The notes beneath the pieces were generated by a model. It was given only the letters and a program-made list of their open reading frames with translations, did no database searches and was not told the DNA's origin. From an uncultured Planctomycetia bacterium (GTDB taxonomy: Bacteria; Omnitrophota; Gorgyraeia; Duberdicusellales; 4484-171), in contig CAYQUQ010000001.1 in assembly GCA_964420965.1 (NCBI GenBank), forward strand, positions 31,544 to 95,543: DNA of 64,000 bases, in the 5' to 3' direction. Position numbers and translations under genes: made by a program. This document shows, one piece after another, positions 34,989-44,852 of this stretch (positions are counted from its first letter, which is position 1; each line of letters begins with the position of its first letter).

Positions 34989-36120
34989 AATAAGCTTTCT
35001 CATTTTTTGCCTGATATTCTGCACGGTTTCTTTTGGGGTGGCGGCCATGGCCGCTTTGATCCCCTCGATTGCCGCCCATTTCGGGGTTTCTCCAGACTAC
35101 GCCATCCGGCTCACCTGGCTGTATATGCTTCCTTACGGAGTAGTGGCCCTTTTCTGGGCCCCGTTAACCCGGATTATCAAGATAAAAAAAATACTCCTTT
35201 TTGCCACTGCCGGATTTTTCTTATCGGCGTTGCTGTTTAGCCTTTCGCGCAGTATACACCAGGCCTTTATTTTTCGCTTCCTGATGGGAGCCTTTGCCTG
35301 CAGCTTCGTACCCCTCTCCTTAATTACCGTAGGCAAGGTCATTGATGCCGAGAGTAAGGCAAAGTATGTGGGTACGTTTTTCGGCCTCTCTTATATATCT
35401 ACCCTGGTGAGCGTTTTTTTAAGCGGATTTATCCACTGGAGGATTATTTATCTGATCCCGGCTGTATCCAGCCTGGCTATATTCGCGCTGGTTTTAACCC
35501 ACCTGCATGATTTTGATTTTAGAAAGACCAGCTTTAAGATCAGCTATCTGGAGACACTCAAAGATAAAAATGCCAGCCGCTTTTTTCTGGTAATTATATT
35601 GGGAAGCATGCTTTATCACAGCTTACAACAGAGGCTGGGGGTATATCTCAGCCAGACCTTTTCTTTAACCCAGGTGGTTATCAGCACCATTTTTACCATC
35701 GCCACCCTCGCCGCGATTGCTTTTGAGTTTTCGGGAGGGTTTTTAAGCTCCCGTTTCGGTAACCTTAGAGTAGCCCGCATCGGTTTTATTCTGATGAGCG
35801 TTTTTACCTTAGGCCTTATTTTTACCCGCCAATATCAGCCCTTATTTTTCTTTATCGTTCTCTGGGGTTCGGGCTGGGCCTTGACTCATGTCGGGTTATC
35901 GACTCACCTCACTAATTTTCCGGATCGAATATTACGTGATGCATCGAGCTTAAACAGCTCCCTGCGTTTTAGCGCCGGGGGCCTGGGGGCTTTTTTAGGC
36001 GGAGTGCTGGTTACAATGGCCGGCTTTAAATTTTTGTTCTGGCTGGTGGCAGTAAGTATATTTTTATTGGGGTTTTATCTGGAAAAATTTTTAAACGGAG
36101 GAAAGAAAAGCCATGGCTGA
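34981..36120 (+). CDS. MFS transporter (probable exporter)
   Basis: About 12 predicted TM helices; MFS motif region RFLMGAFACSFVP. Confidence 0.8.
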   Translation: MPKISFLIFCLIFCTVSFGVAAMAALIPSIAAHFGVSPDYAIRLTWLYMLPYGVVALFWAPLTRIIKIKKILLFATAGFFLSALLFSLSRSIHQAFIFRFLMGAFACSFVPLSLITVGKVIDAESKAKYVGTFFGLSYISTLVSVFLSGFIHWRIIYLIPAVSSLAIFALVLTHLHDFDFRKTSFKISYLETLKDKNASRFFLVIILGSMLYHSLQQRLGVYLSQTFSLTQVVISTIFTIATLAAIAFEFSGGFLSSRFGNLRVARIGFILMSVFTLGLIFTRQYQPLFFFIVLWGSGWALTHVGLSTHLTNFPDRILRDASSLNSSLRFSAGGLGAFLGGVLVTMAGFKFLFWLVAVSIFLLGFYLEKFLNGGKKSHG

Positions 36121-36874
36121 TTTAAAGGATAAAGTCTGTATTATTACCGGAGCCAGCGGCGGAATCGGTAAGGTAATCGTGGCCAGATTAGCTCAGCAAG
36201 GGGCAAAACTGATTTTGGCCGCGAGGAGATTAGAAATACTCGAAGAGTTAAAACAATCCTTGCCGCATCCCGATAATATCTTATGCATCAAATGTGACGT
36301 TACCCAGCAGGCGGATTTAGAAGGCCTGGTGAATAAAGCTTTAGAAAAGTTTAAAAGAATCGATATTCTGGTTAACGCGGCCGGTGTTTCCAGCCAGCAC
36401 CCTTTCTTCAGCCAGCCCCTGGAAGATATTGAAAAGATAATGTATACTAATTATTTCAGCTATGTAATGCTTTCCCGGCTGGTGGTAAATCCGATGAAAG
36501 AACAGAGAGGGGGGCATATTATCAATATTACCAGCGGTTCGGTTATGGTTGAACCGCCCCCGCGCAATTTTATCGTTTATACATCACTGAAGGTGGGTTT
36601 ACGGGCCTTTGCCAAAGGTCTTTTCTGGGAAATGCGCGACTTCGGGATTAAAGTCACTTCGATTTTTCCGGGCGTAACCCGCACCCCTTTAACCGGAAAA
36701 TTGAAAAATATCGCTGAAGATAGATTAATCGAGCCGGAGGCTATTGCCGATACGGTTTTATTCGCCTTAGCCCAACCGGCTAATACCTGTCCGCTGGAAT
36801 TAGCCGTAATCAACCAGCAGACTCCCTGGACTAAGCCGGTGATACCGTTTAAGCAGGATCATCCCCAAAAGTGA
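36113..36874 (+). CDS. Short-chain dehydrogenase/reductase (ketoreductase)
   Basis: TGASGGIGK NAD(P)-binding; catalytic Y...K (YTSLK); NAAG motif. Confidence 0.88.
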   Translation: MADLKDKVCIITGASGGIGKVIVARLAQQGAKLILAARRLEILEELKQSLPHPDNILCIKCDVTQQADLEGLVNKALEKFKRIDILVNAAGVSSQHPFFSQPLEDIEKIMYTNYFSYVMLSRLVVNPMKEQRGGHIINITSGSVMVEPPPRNFIVYTSLKVGLRAFAKGLFWEMRDFGIKVTSIFPGVTRTPLTGKLKNIAEDRLIEPEAIADTVLFALAQPANTCPLELAVINQQTPWTKPVIPFKQDHPQK

Positions 36875-37461
36875 GGTGGAATATGGACAAGAAAAGGCGT
36901 TTTTTATGGTTAGGGTTAGTGGCTTTACTGCTCTGGGGTTGTAATATCGAATCCCCGAATCCGTTAGGCGACCCGGCCGCGGCGGTGATTGATCCGGATT
37001 TACCGGGAATATGGTATGCCGTGGAGAACGAAGGCGAGGGTGCCGAGTTTTACGCGGCTATTTTTCAGCGCGACCAAGGCCGCTTGCATATAATTTATTT
37101 TAGCGACGCGCGGGAAGAAGACCTTATTTATCTGGAAGGGTTTATTTCCGAGATTAATGGCCAGCGGTTTTTAAATTTAAAGCTTATCGACCGCTATGCC
37201 GAAGAAGATGACCAAAATTACATATTTTTTCCTTACGATATCGACAAAAAAGGGCAATTAGTAACCCGTACTCTTAAAACCGAGTTTTTTACACAGGCCA
37301 TAGAGGACGGAGCAATCAAAGGAAGCGTTTCCGACAGTGAATTCTTCACTTCGGTAACCTTAGACGACTCTACCCAAAATCTGGTTGCCTTTATCGCCAA
37401 GCACAAAAAGGAAGAGTATTCGGAGAAAGACTCCGGTATTTTCCGCAGGATGAAGAAATAA
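36871..37461 (+). CDS. Hypothetical lipoprotein
   Basis: Signal peptide with lipobox LLLWGC; 196 aa; no motif I recognise. Confidence 0.55.
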   Translation: MRWNMDKKRRFLWLGLVALLLWGCNIESPNPLGDPAAAVIDPDLPGIWYAVENEGEGAEFYAAIFQRDQGRLHIIYFSDAREEDLIYLEGFISEINGQRFLNLKLIDRYAEEDDQNYIFFPYDIDKKGQLVTRTLKTEFFTQAIEDGAIKGSVSDSEFFTSVTLDDSTQNLVAFIAKHKKEEYSEKDSGIFRRMKK

Positions 37462-37496
37462 TTGGGGACAGACCCTAATTCAAAGGGAGGAAAAAG

Positions 37497-38957
37497 ATGA
37501 AGGTTTTGTTTGTGATGCCAAAAATCGGGGCCTGGGCTACCCACGGAGAGCATGTGGCGCCCAACCAGTTGTATGCCCAGTGGGCGGCTTATATTCGCCA
37601 GAAAGGGTATACGGATTTAGAGGTTTTAGATTGCACCATTCTCAATATCCCTCTGGACCAGCTAGCCGGAAAAGTTAAAGAGAAGAATCTGGATTTGGTC
37701 CTGATGGGTGATATGATTCACTGTTCGGTGGGATTCGGTATTATCTGGCATTTTAATGAAGCCGCTTCCCGGATAAGGCAAGCTTTACCTGAGGTTAAGA
37801 TTGTTGTCGGCGGCCTCTGGTATTCAGCTACCCCTATTGAGACTTTAGAGGATAACCCGGCTATTGATCATGTGGTTATGGGCGAAGAGGAAGCTTTTTA
37901 TGATTTAGTCAAAACCATTGACAGCGGGACATCGACTAAAGATGTGGCCGGAACCGCCAGTCGCATTGACGGTAAGCCTCAAATGGGGCCGCACCGGCCG
38001 TTGATGACCGATTTAGACAACTTACCTTTACCGGCTTATGACTTGTTTCCCATGGATAAATATGTGGGTCATACTCACTGGAAGCCGTTTGTAGAGATGA
38101 TAACTTCCCGGGGGTGTCCATCAGCCTGTACCTTTTGTTATGAGTGGAACCAGTATGATCCCCGTTCACCCAATGATTTTTTAACCTGGCGGGCCAAGTC
38201 TCCGGAACGGGTGATCGAAGAGCTGGAGCTGCTGCACCATAAGTTCGGTGTTAAAGTAGTAGTGATCCAGGACGATAACTTTAACGTTGACGCTGAAAGG
38301 GTGGAGAAGTTTTGTAATTTAAAGAAAGAAAAAGGTAATCCCATTAAATGGGTTTCTTTGGGCCGGGCTATTGACTGGGTAAATTGCGAGAAGATATTGC
38401 CCCTGATGAAAGAAACCGGTTTATTTATGGGGGTATTTGGAATCGAGGTAACCACTCCCGAGGAACTCAAGAAAATCGCTAAAGGAATAACCGTTGAGCA
38501 CATTAAAAAGACCATTGATATTTTACGGGCCAATGACGTGGCCATTGTGGCTGATATTATGATCGGCTTTGACTATGATAACGAGCAGATTGTAAAACAG
38601 CGGCATGAGTTTACCGATCAGGTTGATCCGGATATTTTATGGGTCGGCTATGTTACCCCGGCGCCCAATTCGCCGATGTGGAGAATTAGCTTAAAGAAGG
38701 GGTGGTTTGACCCCCGGAAAATCGATTTTCTTAAATGGGATTTTCTGCACCCGGTAATACCTACTGACCATCTCTCCATCGAGGATTTAGGCCGGCTGGG
38801 GGCCTGGTCGATGCGGGAGTTTTTCTCCAAGCCGGGCAGAATTCAGCGGATTATGACCAGTAACTTCGATCCCCTGGCCAAACTTTGCTTCCAGGATGTT
38901 ATGCGTGGAGTGCAGAAGTGGGAGGAAGGCGCGGTCAAAGGCGAAAAACACATATAA
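37497..38957 (+). CDS. B12-binding domain radical SAM protein (class B radical SAM, probable C-methyltransferase or related)
   Basis: N-terminal cobalamin-binding-like Rossmann region; radical SAM motif SRGCPSACTFCYEW; 486 aa. Confidence 0.85.
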   Translation: MKVLFVMPKIGAWATHGEHVAPNQLYAQWAAYIRQKGYTDLEVLDCTILNIPLDQLAGKVKEKNLDLVLMGDMIHCSVGFGIIWHFNEAASRIRQALPEVKIVVGGLWYSATPIETLEDNPAIDHVVMGEEEAFYDLVKTIDSGTSTKDVAGTASRIDGKPQMGPHRPLMTDLDNLPLPAYDLFPMDKYVGHTHWKPFVEMITSRGCPSACTFCYEWNQYDPRSPNDFLTWRAKSPERVIEELELLHHKFGVKVVVIQDDNFNVDAERVEKFCNLKKEKGNPIKWVSLGRAIDWVNCEKILPLMKETGLFMGVFGIEVTTPEELKKIAKGITVEHIKKTIDILRANDVAIVADIMIGFDYDNEQIVKQRHEFTDQVDPDILWVGYVTPAPNSPMWRISLKKGWFDPRKIDFLKWDFLHPVIPTDHLSIEDLGRLGAWSMREFFSKPGRIQRIMTSNFDPLAKLCFQDVMRGVQKWEEGAVKGEKHI

Positions 38958-39844
38958 TGCTTTGCGATAGCCATATTCACTTCATTCCTAAAGAATTGTC
39001 GGCCTATACTGCCTTCTACAAGGGCATATGGACGGATAAGGATAAGCTTTACGGGTTTTTGGAGCACCATAAAATAGAAAAGGCCCTTTTGGCTTATCCT
39101 TCTACCGATGCCCATCTAAAGCTGGAAGTCTTTTCCCGGGTCTGTGAGATTTACAATTCGGCTTTGGCAGAGGTTATTAAAGAAAATCCCCAGATTATCG
39201 GGGCGGGAATTGTGGATATGGATAATCTTTCCGGGGTGGCGGCGCAAGCCGAGGAGCTAAAGCAAAAGGGCTTTGGGGCCGTCAGTATCGCTTCCAGCCA
39301 TAACGGAAAATTCTGGGTTAAAGAGCTAGAACCTCTGTTTGCGGCGGCCCAGAATCAGAATTTACCTGTTTTTGTCCACCCCCAGACCATAAACCCCATT
39401 GGCTTTGAGCGGGTAAAAGACCCGTTGCTTATGCCGGTATTAGAATACAGCCTTGACTCTTCAATGTTTATGGGGCTGTTGATGATGGAAGGGATTCTGG
39501 AAAAGTACCAGGTAAAGTTTATCTTTTCTTCTTTAGGCGGAATCACTCCTTTTCTAAAAGACCGGTTCGACCGGGTTTATACCATGCTCCGGAAACGGCA
39601 GATTGTGAAAGACTTAGGCAAGCTGCCCACGCAAATTTTAAAGAACGTCTATGTGGATACTTCCGGGGCCTCCTTGAAGAATATTCAGCTGGCTATGGAG
39701 TTATTCGGAGCGGATAAGCTTTTGTGGGGCTCGGACTATCCGGTCTGCGGTGACATCCCGGGTAATTTGAAGATGCTGGATGAATTAGGGCCTGAAACCA
39801 AAGAAAAAATTAGTTATCAAAATTTCCAGGCTATTTTCGGATGA
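38957..39844 (+). CDS. Amidohydrolase-2 family metal-dependent TIM-barrel hydrolase
   Basis: MLCDSHIHF metal-binding start; WGSDYP; start at 38957 (TAATG overlap with the upstream stop) rather than 38885. Confidence 0.75.
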   Translation: MLCDSHIHFIPKELSAYTAFYKGIWTDKDKLYGFLEHHKIEKALLAYPSTDAHLKLEVFSRVCEIYNSALAEVIKENPQIIGAGIVDMDNLSGVAAQAEELKQKGFGAVSIASSHNGKFWVKELEPLFAAAQNQNLPVFVHPQTINPIGFERVKDPLLMPVLEYSLDSSMFMGLLMMEGILEKYQVKFIFSSLGGITPFLKDRFDRVYTMLRKRQIVKDLGKLPTQILKNVYVDTSGASLKNIQLAMELFGADKLLWGSDYPVCGDIPGNLKMLDELGPETKEKISYQNFQAIFG

Positions 39845-40659
39845 AGATTTATTGTAACGGTGATTTAATCGAGAAGGAGCAGGTAACCGAACTCTTTGAG
39901 CCGGGGTTTCTCTTTGGCTGGGGGGTGTTTGAGGCTTTACGGACCTACGCCGGCAACATTCCCTTTCTGGATGCGCATATCGCCAGGTTGAATGAAAGCC
40001 TCGAACTTTTAGGGATTGGAAAAATAGAACTGGATTGGTCTAAGACTATAACAGATTTGCTGCAGGAAAATCGCTTAGAGGACGCCTACGTGCGCATCAC
40101 CGCTTACAAAAAGAGAAAAGGTACCGGCTTGTTAATTTATGCCGACACCTTCGGTTATTATACCGCCGATATCTATAAAGAAGGGTTTTCGGCCATCATT
40201 TCGCCCCATAGAAGATGCGGGAAAAACATCTGTTCTAAGAGCAAGTCTCTTAGCTACTTACAGAACAGAATTTCCTGGCTCGCGGCTCAAAAGGTAAAAA
40301 AAGACGAGGCCCTGGTTTTAAATCCGGAAGGGTTCTTAGCCGGCGGGTCGCGCAGCAATCTCTTTCTGGTTAAAAATAAGGAAATTTTTACCCCGGCTAT
40401 TGAGTGCGGGGCTTTTGCCGGTATTACCCGCAAGGCAGTTATGGAAATAGCTGCGGAATTGGGCTTAGCCGTAAAAGAAGGCAAACTTACTGTTGACGAT
40501 ATCGATGATTGCAAGGAAGCATTTATAACCAGCGCTTTGCTGGAAGTTATGCCTTTAGTCGAGTGCGCGGGTAAACTATTGAGTAAGGGTAAGCCCGGAG
40601 AAATGACTGGTAAGATTTTAGGGCATTATCGAGAGAGACTGAAAGTAAAGGCCGCTTAA
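39841..40659 (+). CDS. Class IV aminotransferase (branched-chain amino acid aminotransferase / aminodeoxychorismate lyase fold)
   Basis: LFEPGFLFGWGVFEALRTY...; fold type IV pattern with E..R..G; 272 aa. Confidence 0.8.
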   Translation: MKIYCNGDLIEKEQVTELFEPGFLFGWGVFEALRTYAGNIPFLDAHIARLNESLELLGIGKIELDWSKTITDLLQENRLEDAYVRITAYKKRKGTGLLIYADTFGYYTADIYKEGFSAIISPHRRCGKNICSKSKSLSYLQNRISWLAAQKVKKDEALVLNPEGFLAGGSRSNLFLVKNKEIFTPAIECGAFAGITRKAVMEIAAELGLAVKEGKLTVDDIDDCKEAFITSALLEVMPLVECAGKLLSKGKPGEMTGKILGHYRERLKVKAA

Positions 40660-40674
40660 CCAAAAGAGAAAATC

Positions 40675-41301
40675 TTGGCAGTTCAAAATAAGCACTATGA
40701 TAAACTGTACTATCGGGGCCGGGGATCGAATTACATCTTTGGCTACCGGAACCTGCGTTCACGCCTATTCTGGCGGCGCCGGCTGAAAGTTTTAGCCAAG
40801 ATTTCTCCTTCGGGAAGATTGTTAGATATCGGCTGTGCTTTCGGATTTTTTATAAAAATTCTGGAAAAGAAATACCAGGTTTACGGAATAGATATCTCGG
40901 AATACGCTATAAAGCAGGCTCGGAATTTAGTTTCTCATCCCGAATATTTAAAATGCTGTGATGTCACCCAGGGGATACCTTTTCGTGATAAGTTCAATGT
41001 GATTACGGCCTTCGATATCATTGAACACATCGCCGAGCCCCTGACTGTTTTTAAAATTATCAGGCCGTCTTTAGCCGAAGCAGGGTCTCTTTATTTGGAA
41101 TTACCTTTATCCAAAACCCTGATTGACTTTGACCGGGGCCATCATTACCGGCCTTTAGAAGAGTGGCTTAACCTTTTGTCTTCGGCCGGCTTTAAGCCGA
41201 ATTTTATGCAAACTTACTATACGGTCGGCTTAAGAGGCGTGATGATTCCGGCCAAACGCCGAATGAATTATGCCAGTATTGTGGTTAAAGCTATACCTTA
41301 A
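40675..41301 (+). CDS. Class I SAM-dependent methyltransferase
   Basis: Motif I LDIGCAFGFF; motif II VITAFDIIEHI. Confidence 0.8.
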   Translation: MAVQNKHYDKLYYRGRGSNYIFGYRNLRSRLFWRRRLKVLAKISPSGRLLDIGCAFGFFIKILEKKYQVYGIDISEYAIKQARNLVSHPEYLKCCDVTQGIPFRDKFNVITAFDIIEHIAEPLTVFKIIRPSLAEAGSLYLELPLSKTLIDFDRGHHYRPLEEWLNLLSSAGFKPNFMQTYYTVGLRGVMIPAKRRMNYASIVVKAIP

Positions 41302-41312
41302 GGATTAAAAAA

Positions 41313-42251
41313 ATGAAACTTTCACCTTTATTCTGGCCGATTCAGCTCAAAGGGAATACTATTTACATTCTAGACGAGACTCTTCTTCCCGGCCAGGTTA
41401 AGTATATAAAAGCTACTGATTATCAGCAAGCCTGCCGGGCCATAAGAGAGATGAAGACCCGGGCCGTGGGGCAGGTGATTTTGGTGCTATATGTTTTCCT
41501 TGAGGTGGTCCGCAAAAACAGGAAGAAGAAAAACCTGTCCTTAGCTTTAAAAAGGGTCGCCCGGGCCATAAATTCCACCCGCCCGACATTATCTTTTAAA
41601 TATTTAACCAATATGATTCTGGGCTGGCATGAGTCCGGGGTGCCTCTGGAAAGAAATATCCTCGGCTTTTTGAAGCGGCTAAAGAATAAACGCATTCAGC
41701 AGGCAGAAGAAGCCTCTAAGTTAGTTAAAAACGGGGATACAGTTCTTACTCACTGCAACGTCAGCGGGTTGATGCCGTTAATCGGCCGGTTTGCCCGCCG
41801 GCACCATAAAAAGATTAAGTTCCTGGTTACCGAAACCCGGCCCTATCTGCAGGGGGTGAGACTGACTGCCTGGGAGCTTAGCCAGGCTGGATTCGATGTT
41901 ACCGTAATCGCCGATAACATGGTAGCCCAGGTGATGAAAGAAAAAAGAGTCAATAAAGTTATTGTCGGTTCAGATAATTTAGCTCAGAACGGCGATATCG
42001 CCAATAAGATTGGCACCTATCAGATTGCCGTTTTAGCCAGGTATTTTAAAATTCCGTTTTATGTCTTATGCCCGCCGCCATCCCGGGCCAATACCGGAAG
42101 GGAGATTAAAATCGAAGTCCGGCCGGATAAAGAATTGTTTATGTTTGCCCATAAATCCATCAGGCCCCGGGGGGTAAAGGGGTATTATCCGGCATTCGAT
42201 ATAACCCCCCATAACTTGATTACTAAGCATATACCTTTAAAATTAAAGTAA
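41313..42251 (+). CDS. eIF-2B alpha/beta/delta-related sugar-phosphate isomerase (MtnA / ribose-1,5-bisphosphate isomerase family)
   Basis: VLTHCNVSGLM; VGSDNLAQNGDIANKIGTYQIAVLA (MtnA signature). Confidence 0.8.
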   Translation: MKLSPLFWPIQLKGNTIYILDETLLPGQVKYIKATDYQQACRAIREMKTRAVGQVILVLYVFLEVVRKNRKKKNLSLALKRVARAINSTRPTLSFKYLTNMILGWHESGVPLERNILGFLKRLKNKRIQQAEEASKLVKNGDTVLTHCNVSGLMPLIGRFARRHHKKIKFLVTETRPYLQGVRLTAWELSQAGFDVTVIADNMVAQVMKEKRVNKVIVGSDNLAQNGDIANKIGTYQIAVLARYFKIPFYVLCPPPSRANTGREIKIEVRPDKELFMFAHKSIRPRGVKGYYPAFDITPHNLITKHIPLKLK

Positions 42252-42253
42252 TT

Positions 42254-43252
42254 ATGTTCGGTAAAGAGAAACAACTCAAAGAAAGAATAATCATGGTGGG
42301 CCGGAAACTCTATGCGGCCCGGTTAGTAGCGGCAACTGCAGGTAATTTAAGCGCGCGTCTCGATGAAAACAATATTCTGATAACCACAACCGGAGCCGCC
42401 TTGGGCGATTTAAATAACCAGGATATTATCAAAATTAATCTTGCCCAAAAGGAGAGCGTCGATAAGCGCCTGACTACAGAATTTCCTTTGCACCGGCTCA
42501 TCTATGAAACTCTAGGCGTAAAGACCGTAATCCACTGCCATCCGCCCCTGGTGAATGGTTATTTTGCGGTCTGTTCTGGTTTAAAGAATTTGACTTTTGA
42601 GTCCGAATTCTATCTGGGCCAGGTGCCGGTTGTGCCCCAGGATACCCCGAGCATAACTAAGCCGGAATTGGTGACCGCAGCTTTAAAAACCAATAATTTG
42701 GTGGTAATTAAGAATCACGGAGTGGTGGGTGTGGGCGAGGATTTTAAGGACAGTTTTAATTTGATTGAGACTTTAGAAGAAGCGGTAAAAGTTGCCGCTA
42801 CGGCCCGATTGTTTGACCAGAAGGTTTTAGACGATTTGGATAAGGCCCTTAAACAGGATTTAACCCAAAAAACTGATATTTACCCCATGTTCTCCCCAGA
42901 ACACATTCAGGCTATTGTCGATTTGGTGAATCAAGATGAATTTATGGCCCAAAAGGGCCGGGAACTGGATTTGACCGTGGAGCTGGCCATAAAGCTTGCT
43001 GAGGATAAAAAAGCCTATAAATTTACTTTTGAGAAAGGAAAAGTCACCCAGTTAGAGTTAAATGATAATGCCCCTTTTGTAATTTCGGCTCCGGCTCCGG
43101 TTTGGGAGCTGGTTTTTTTGGGGAAGTTAGATTCGTTTGTGGCCGTTACCCAGGGGAAGATGAAGCTAAAGGGCCAGCTCGGCCAGCTTTCCCGCTGGTA
43201 CGTCCCGTTTAAGCGCCTGTTTGAATTATTTAAGCAGGTTAAGATAAAATGA
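42254..43252 (+). CDS. Class II aldolase/adducin-domain protein fused to a C-terminal SCP2-like domain
   Basis: N-terminal AATAGNLSAR...FPLHRLIYETLGVKTVIHCHPP (class II aldolase); C-terminal FEKGKVTQLELNDNAPFVISAPAPVWELVFLGKLD...MKLKGQL (SCP2-like). Confidence 0.75.
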   Translation: MFGKEKQLKERIIMVGRKLYAARLVAATAGNLSARLDENNILITTTGAALGDLNNQDIIKINLAQKESVDKRLTTEFPLHRLIYETLGVKTVIHCHPPLVNGYFAVCSGLKNLTFESEFYLGQVPVVPQDTPSITKPELVTAALKTNNLVVIKNHGVVGVGEDFKDSFNLIETLEEAVKVAATARLFDQKVLDDLDKALKQDLTQKTDIYPMFSPEHIQAIVDLVNQDEFMAQKGRELDLTVELAIKLAEDKKAYKFTFEKGKVTQLELNDNAPFVISAPAPVWELVFLGKLDSFVAVTQGKMKLKGQLGQLSRWYVPFKRLFELFKQVKIK

Positions 43253-44742
43253 AGAATTATTCCTTATTTATTAATGGCGAGTTTAAAGATTCCGGTTTAA
43301 AGCAGGAGATAATTAATCCGGCTACCGGCGCGCCCATAGCTTCCGTGGGCTTCGCCGATGCAGAGAGTGCTGAGTCCGCCATAGATGCGGCCCGTAAAGC
43401 TTATGATAACGGGCCCTGGAGGAGCCTTCCTTTAGCTGAACGTAAAGAGTATATTTTAAAGATAGCGCAGGCAATTTTAGAGCAGGCCGCAGAGTTAGCT
43501 AATTTAGAAACTTTAAATACCGGCAAGCCGATAAAAGAATCTACTTTCATGGATATTCCTTCAGCGGCGCAAACCTTTGAATATTTTGCCCGTAATCTGG
43601 AGAAATTTCTGGCTTCGGAGAATATCGATATCCAATCTCCGATTGCGGCGGTGCAGAGCCGGCTTAAGCGCGAACCGTTAGGGGTTTCGGTTTTGATTGT
43701 TCCTTTCAATTACCCCCTGCTTATAGCCTCCTGGAAGATGGCCCAGAGCTTAGCCGCCGGCAATACGGTTATTTTAAAGCCGTCGAGTTTAACCCCTTTA
43801 ACTGTTTTAAAGTTAGGAGAAATTATCCATGCGGCCGGTTTCCCCCCGGGAGTAGTCAATATTTTAGCCGGATCTGGAAGCCGAATCGGGGATATTCTAT
43901 GTTCGGATAAGCGGGTGGACCTGATTTCCTTCACCGGCTCAAACAAGGTGGGTAAAAAAATCATCACCTCTTCTTCCGCAAACGTAAAAAAATTAATCAT
44001 GGAGCTAGGGGGCAAGTCCGCCGGCATCGTTTTGGCGGACGCCGATTTAGAAGCAGCAGTGAACGGTTCTTTGTGTTCGATATTTTTAAATCAAGGCCAG
44101 ATGTGCACCGCAATGTCGCGGATTTTTGTGGCCGAGGGAATATACGACCGATTTTTATCTCAGTTCCTGGATAAAGTAAAGCGCATAAGATTGGGCGACG
44201 GGCTAAATTACGAAACTCAGATGGGACCTTTAATTTCCCAAGAACAGCGGGCTAAAGTAATTGGCTTTGTGGAGAAGGCCAAGGAACAGGGGGCCAATTT
44301 AGTTTATGGAGGCAAAATCCCCGAAAAACCGGAATTGCAAACAGGATTTTTCTTTGAGCCCGCGGTGTTTATAGACGTAAGCCCGCAAGCGGCTATTTTC
44401 CGGGAAGAAGTTTTTGGACCGGTAGTGTGTATCAATAAATTTTCGCATATCGACGAGGCAGTTAAGTTAGCTAATGCCAGTGATTTTGGTTTAGCCAGCT
44501 GTATTTGGAGTAAGGATAATACAAAAGCCGAGAACCTGGCTAAAAGAATTAACGCCGGAACAATCTGGATTAATACCTACGGCATGTTTTTTAATGAAAT
44601 TCCCTACGGAGGCTTTAAGCAAAGCGGTTTTGGCAAGGAATTGGGGAGAGAGGGTTTCTTAGAATACACCCGGCTCAAGAATGTTATCGTTGATGAAACC
44701 AAGGAATCAAAGCCTTTGGTTAATTACTGGTATGGGCTATAG
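43249..44742 (+). CDS. NAD(P)-dependent aldehyde dehydrogenase
   Basis: ELGGKS; catalytic Cys in NQGQMCTA; 497 aa. Confidence 0.9.
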   Translation: MKNYSLFINGEFKDSGLKQEIINPATGAPIASVGFADAESAESAIDAARKAYDNGPWRSLPLAERKEYILKIAQAILEQAAELANLETLNTGKPIKESTFMDIPSAAQTFEYFARNLEKFLASENIDIQSPIAAVQSRLKREPLGVSVLIVPFNYPLLIASWKMAQSLAAGNTVILKPSSLTPLTVLKLGEIIHAAGFPPGVVNILAGSGSRIGDILCSDKRVDLISFTGSNKVGKKIITSSSANVKKLIMELGGKSAGIVLADADLEAAVNGSLCSIFLNQGQMCTAMSRIFVAEGIYDRFLSQFLDKVKRIRLGDGLNYETQMGPLISQEQRAKVIGFVEKAKEQGANLVYGGKIPEKPELQTGFFFEPAVFIDVSPQAAIFREEVFGPVVCINKFSHIDEAVKLANASDFGLASCIWSKDNTKAENLAKRINAGTIWINTYGMFFNEIPYGGFKQSGFGKELGREGFLEYTRLKNVIVDETKESKPLVNYWYGL

Positions 44743-44749
44743 AGATAGA

Positions 44750-44832
44750 AGCAGATTCACGCGGATATTTACGCGGATTCACGCCATGCATGTTTGGCGT
44801 CTATCCGCGTTTAGATCCGCGTATATCCGCCT
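44750..44832. repeat. GCGGAT/ATCCGC iteron-containing palindromic intercistronic element, copy R2
   Basis: agcagattcacgcggatatttacgcggattcacgcc...ggcgtctatccgcgtttagatccgcgtatatccgcc. Confidence 0.75.
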
Positions 44833-44852
44833 CTAAAAAGGGAGGTTTGAAA

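Noticed and set aside
38885-38956. The ORF-track start at 38885 for the amidohydrolase
   Set aside because: That start would overlap the radical-SAM gene by 72 nt. The ATG at 38957 forms a TAATG stop/start overlap, and the conserved MLCDSHIHF metal-binding N-terminus begins there.
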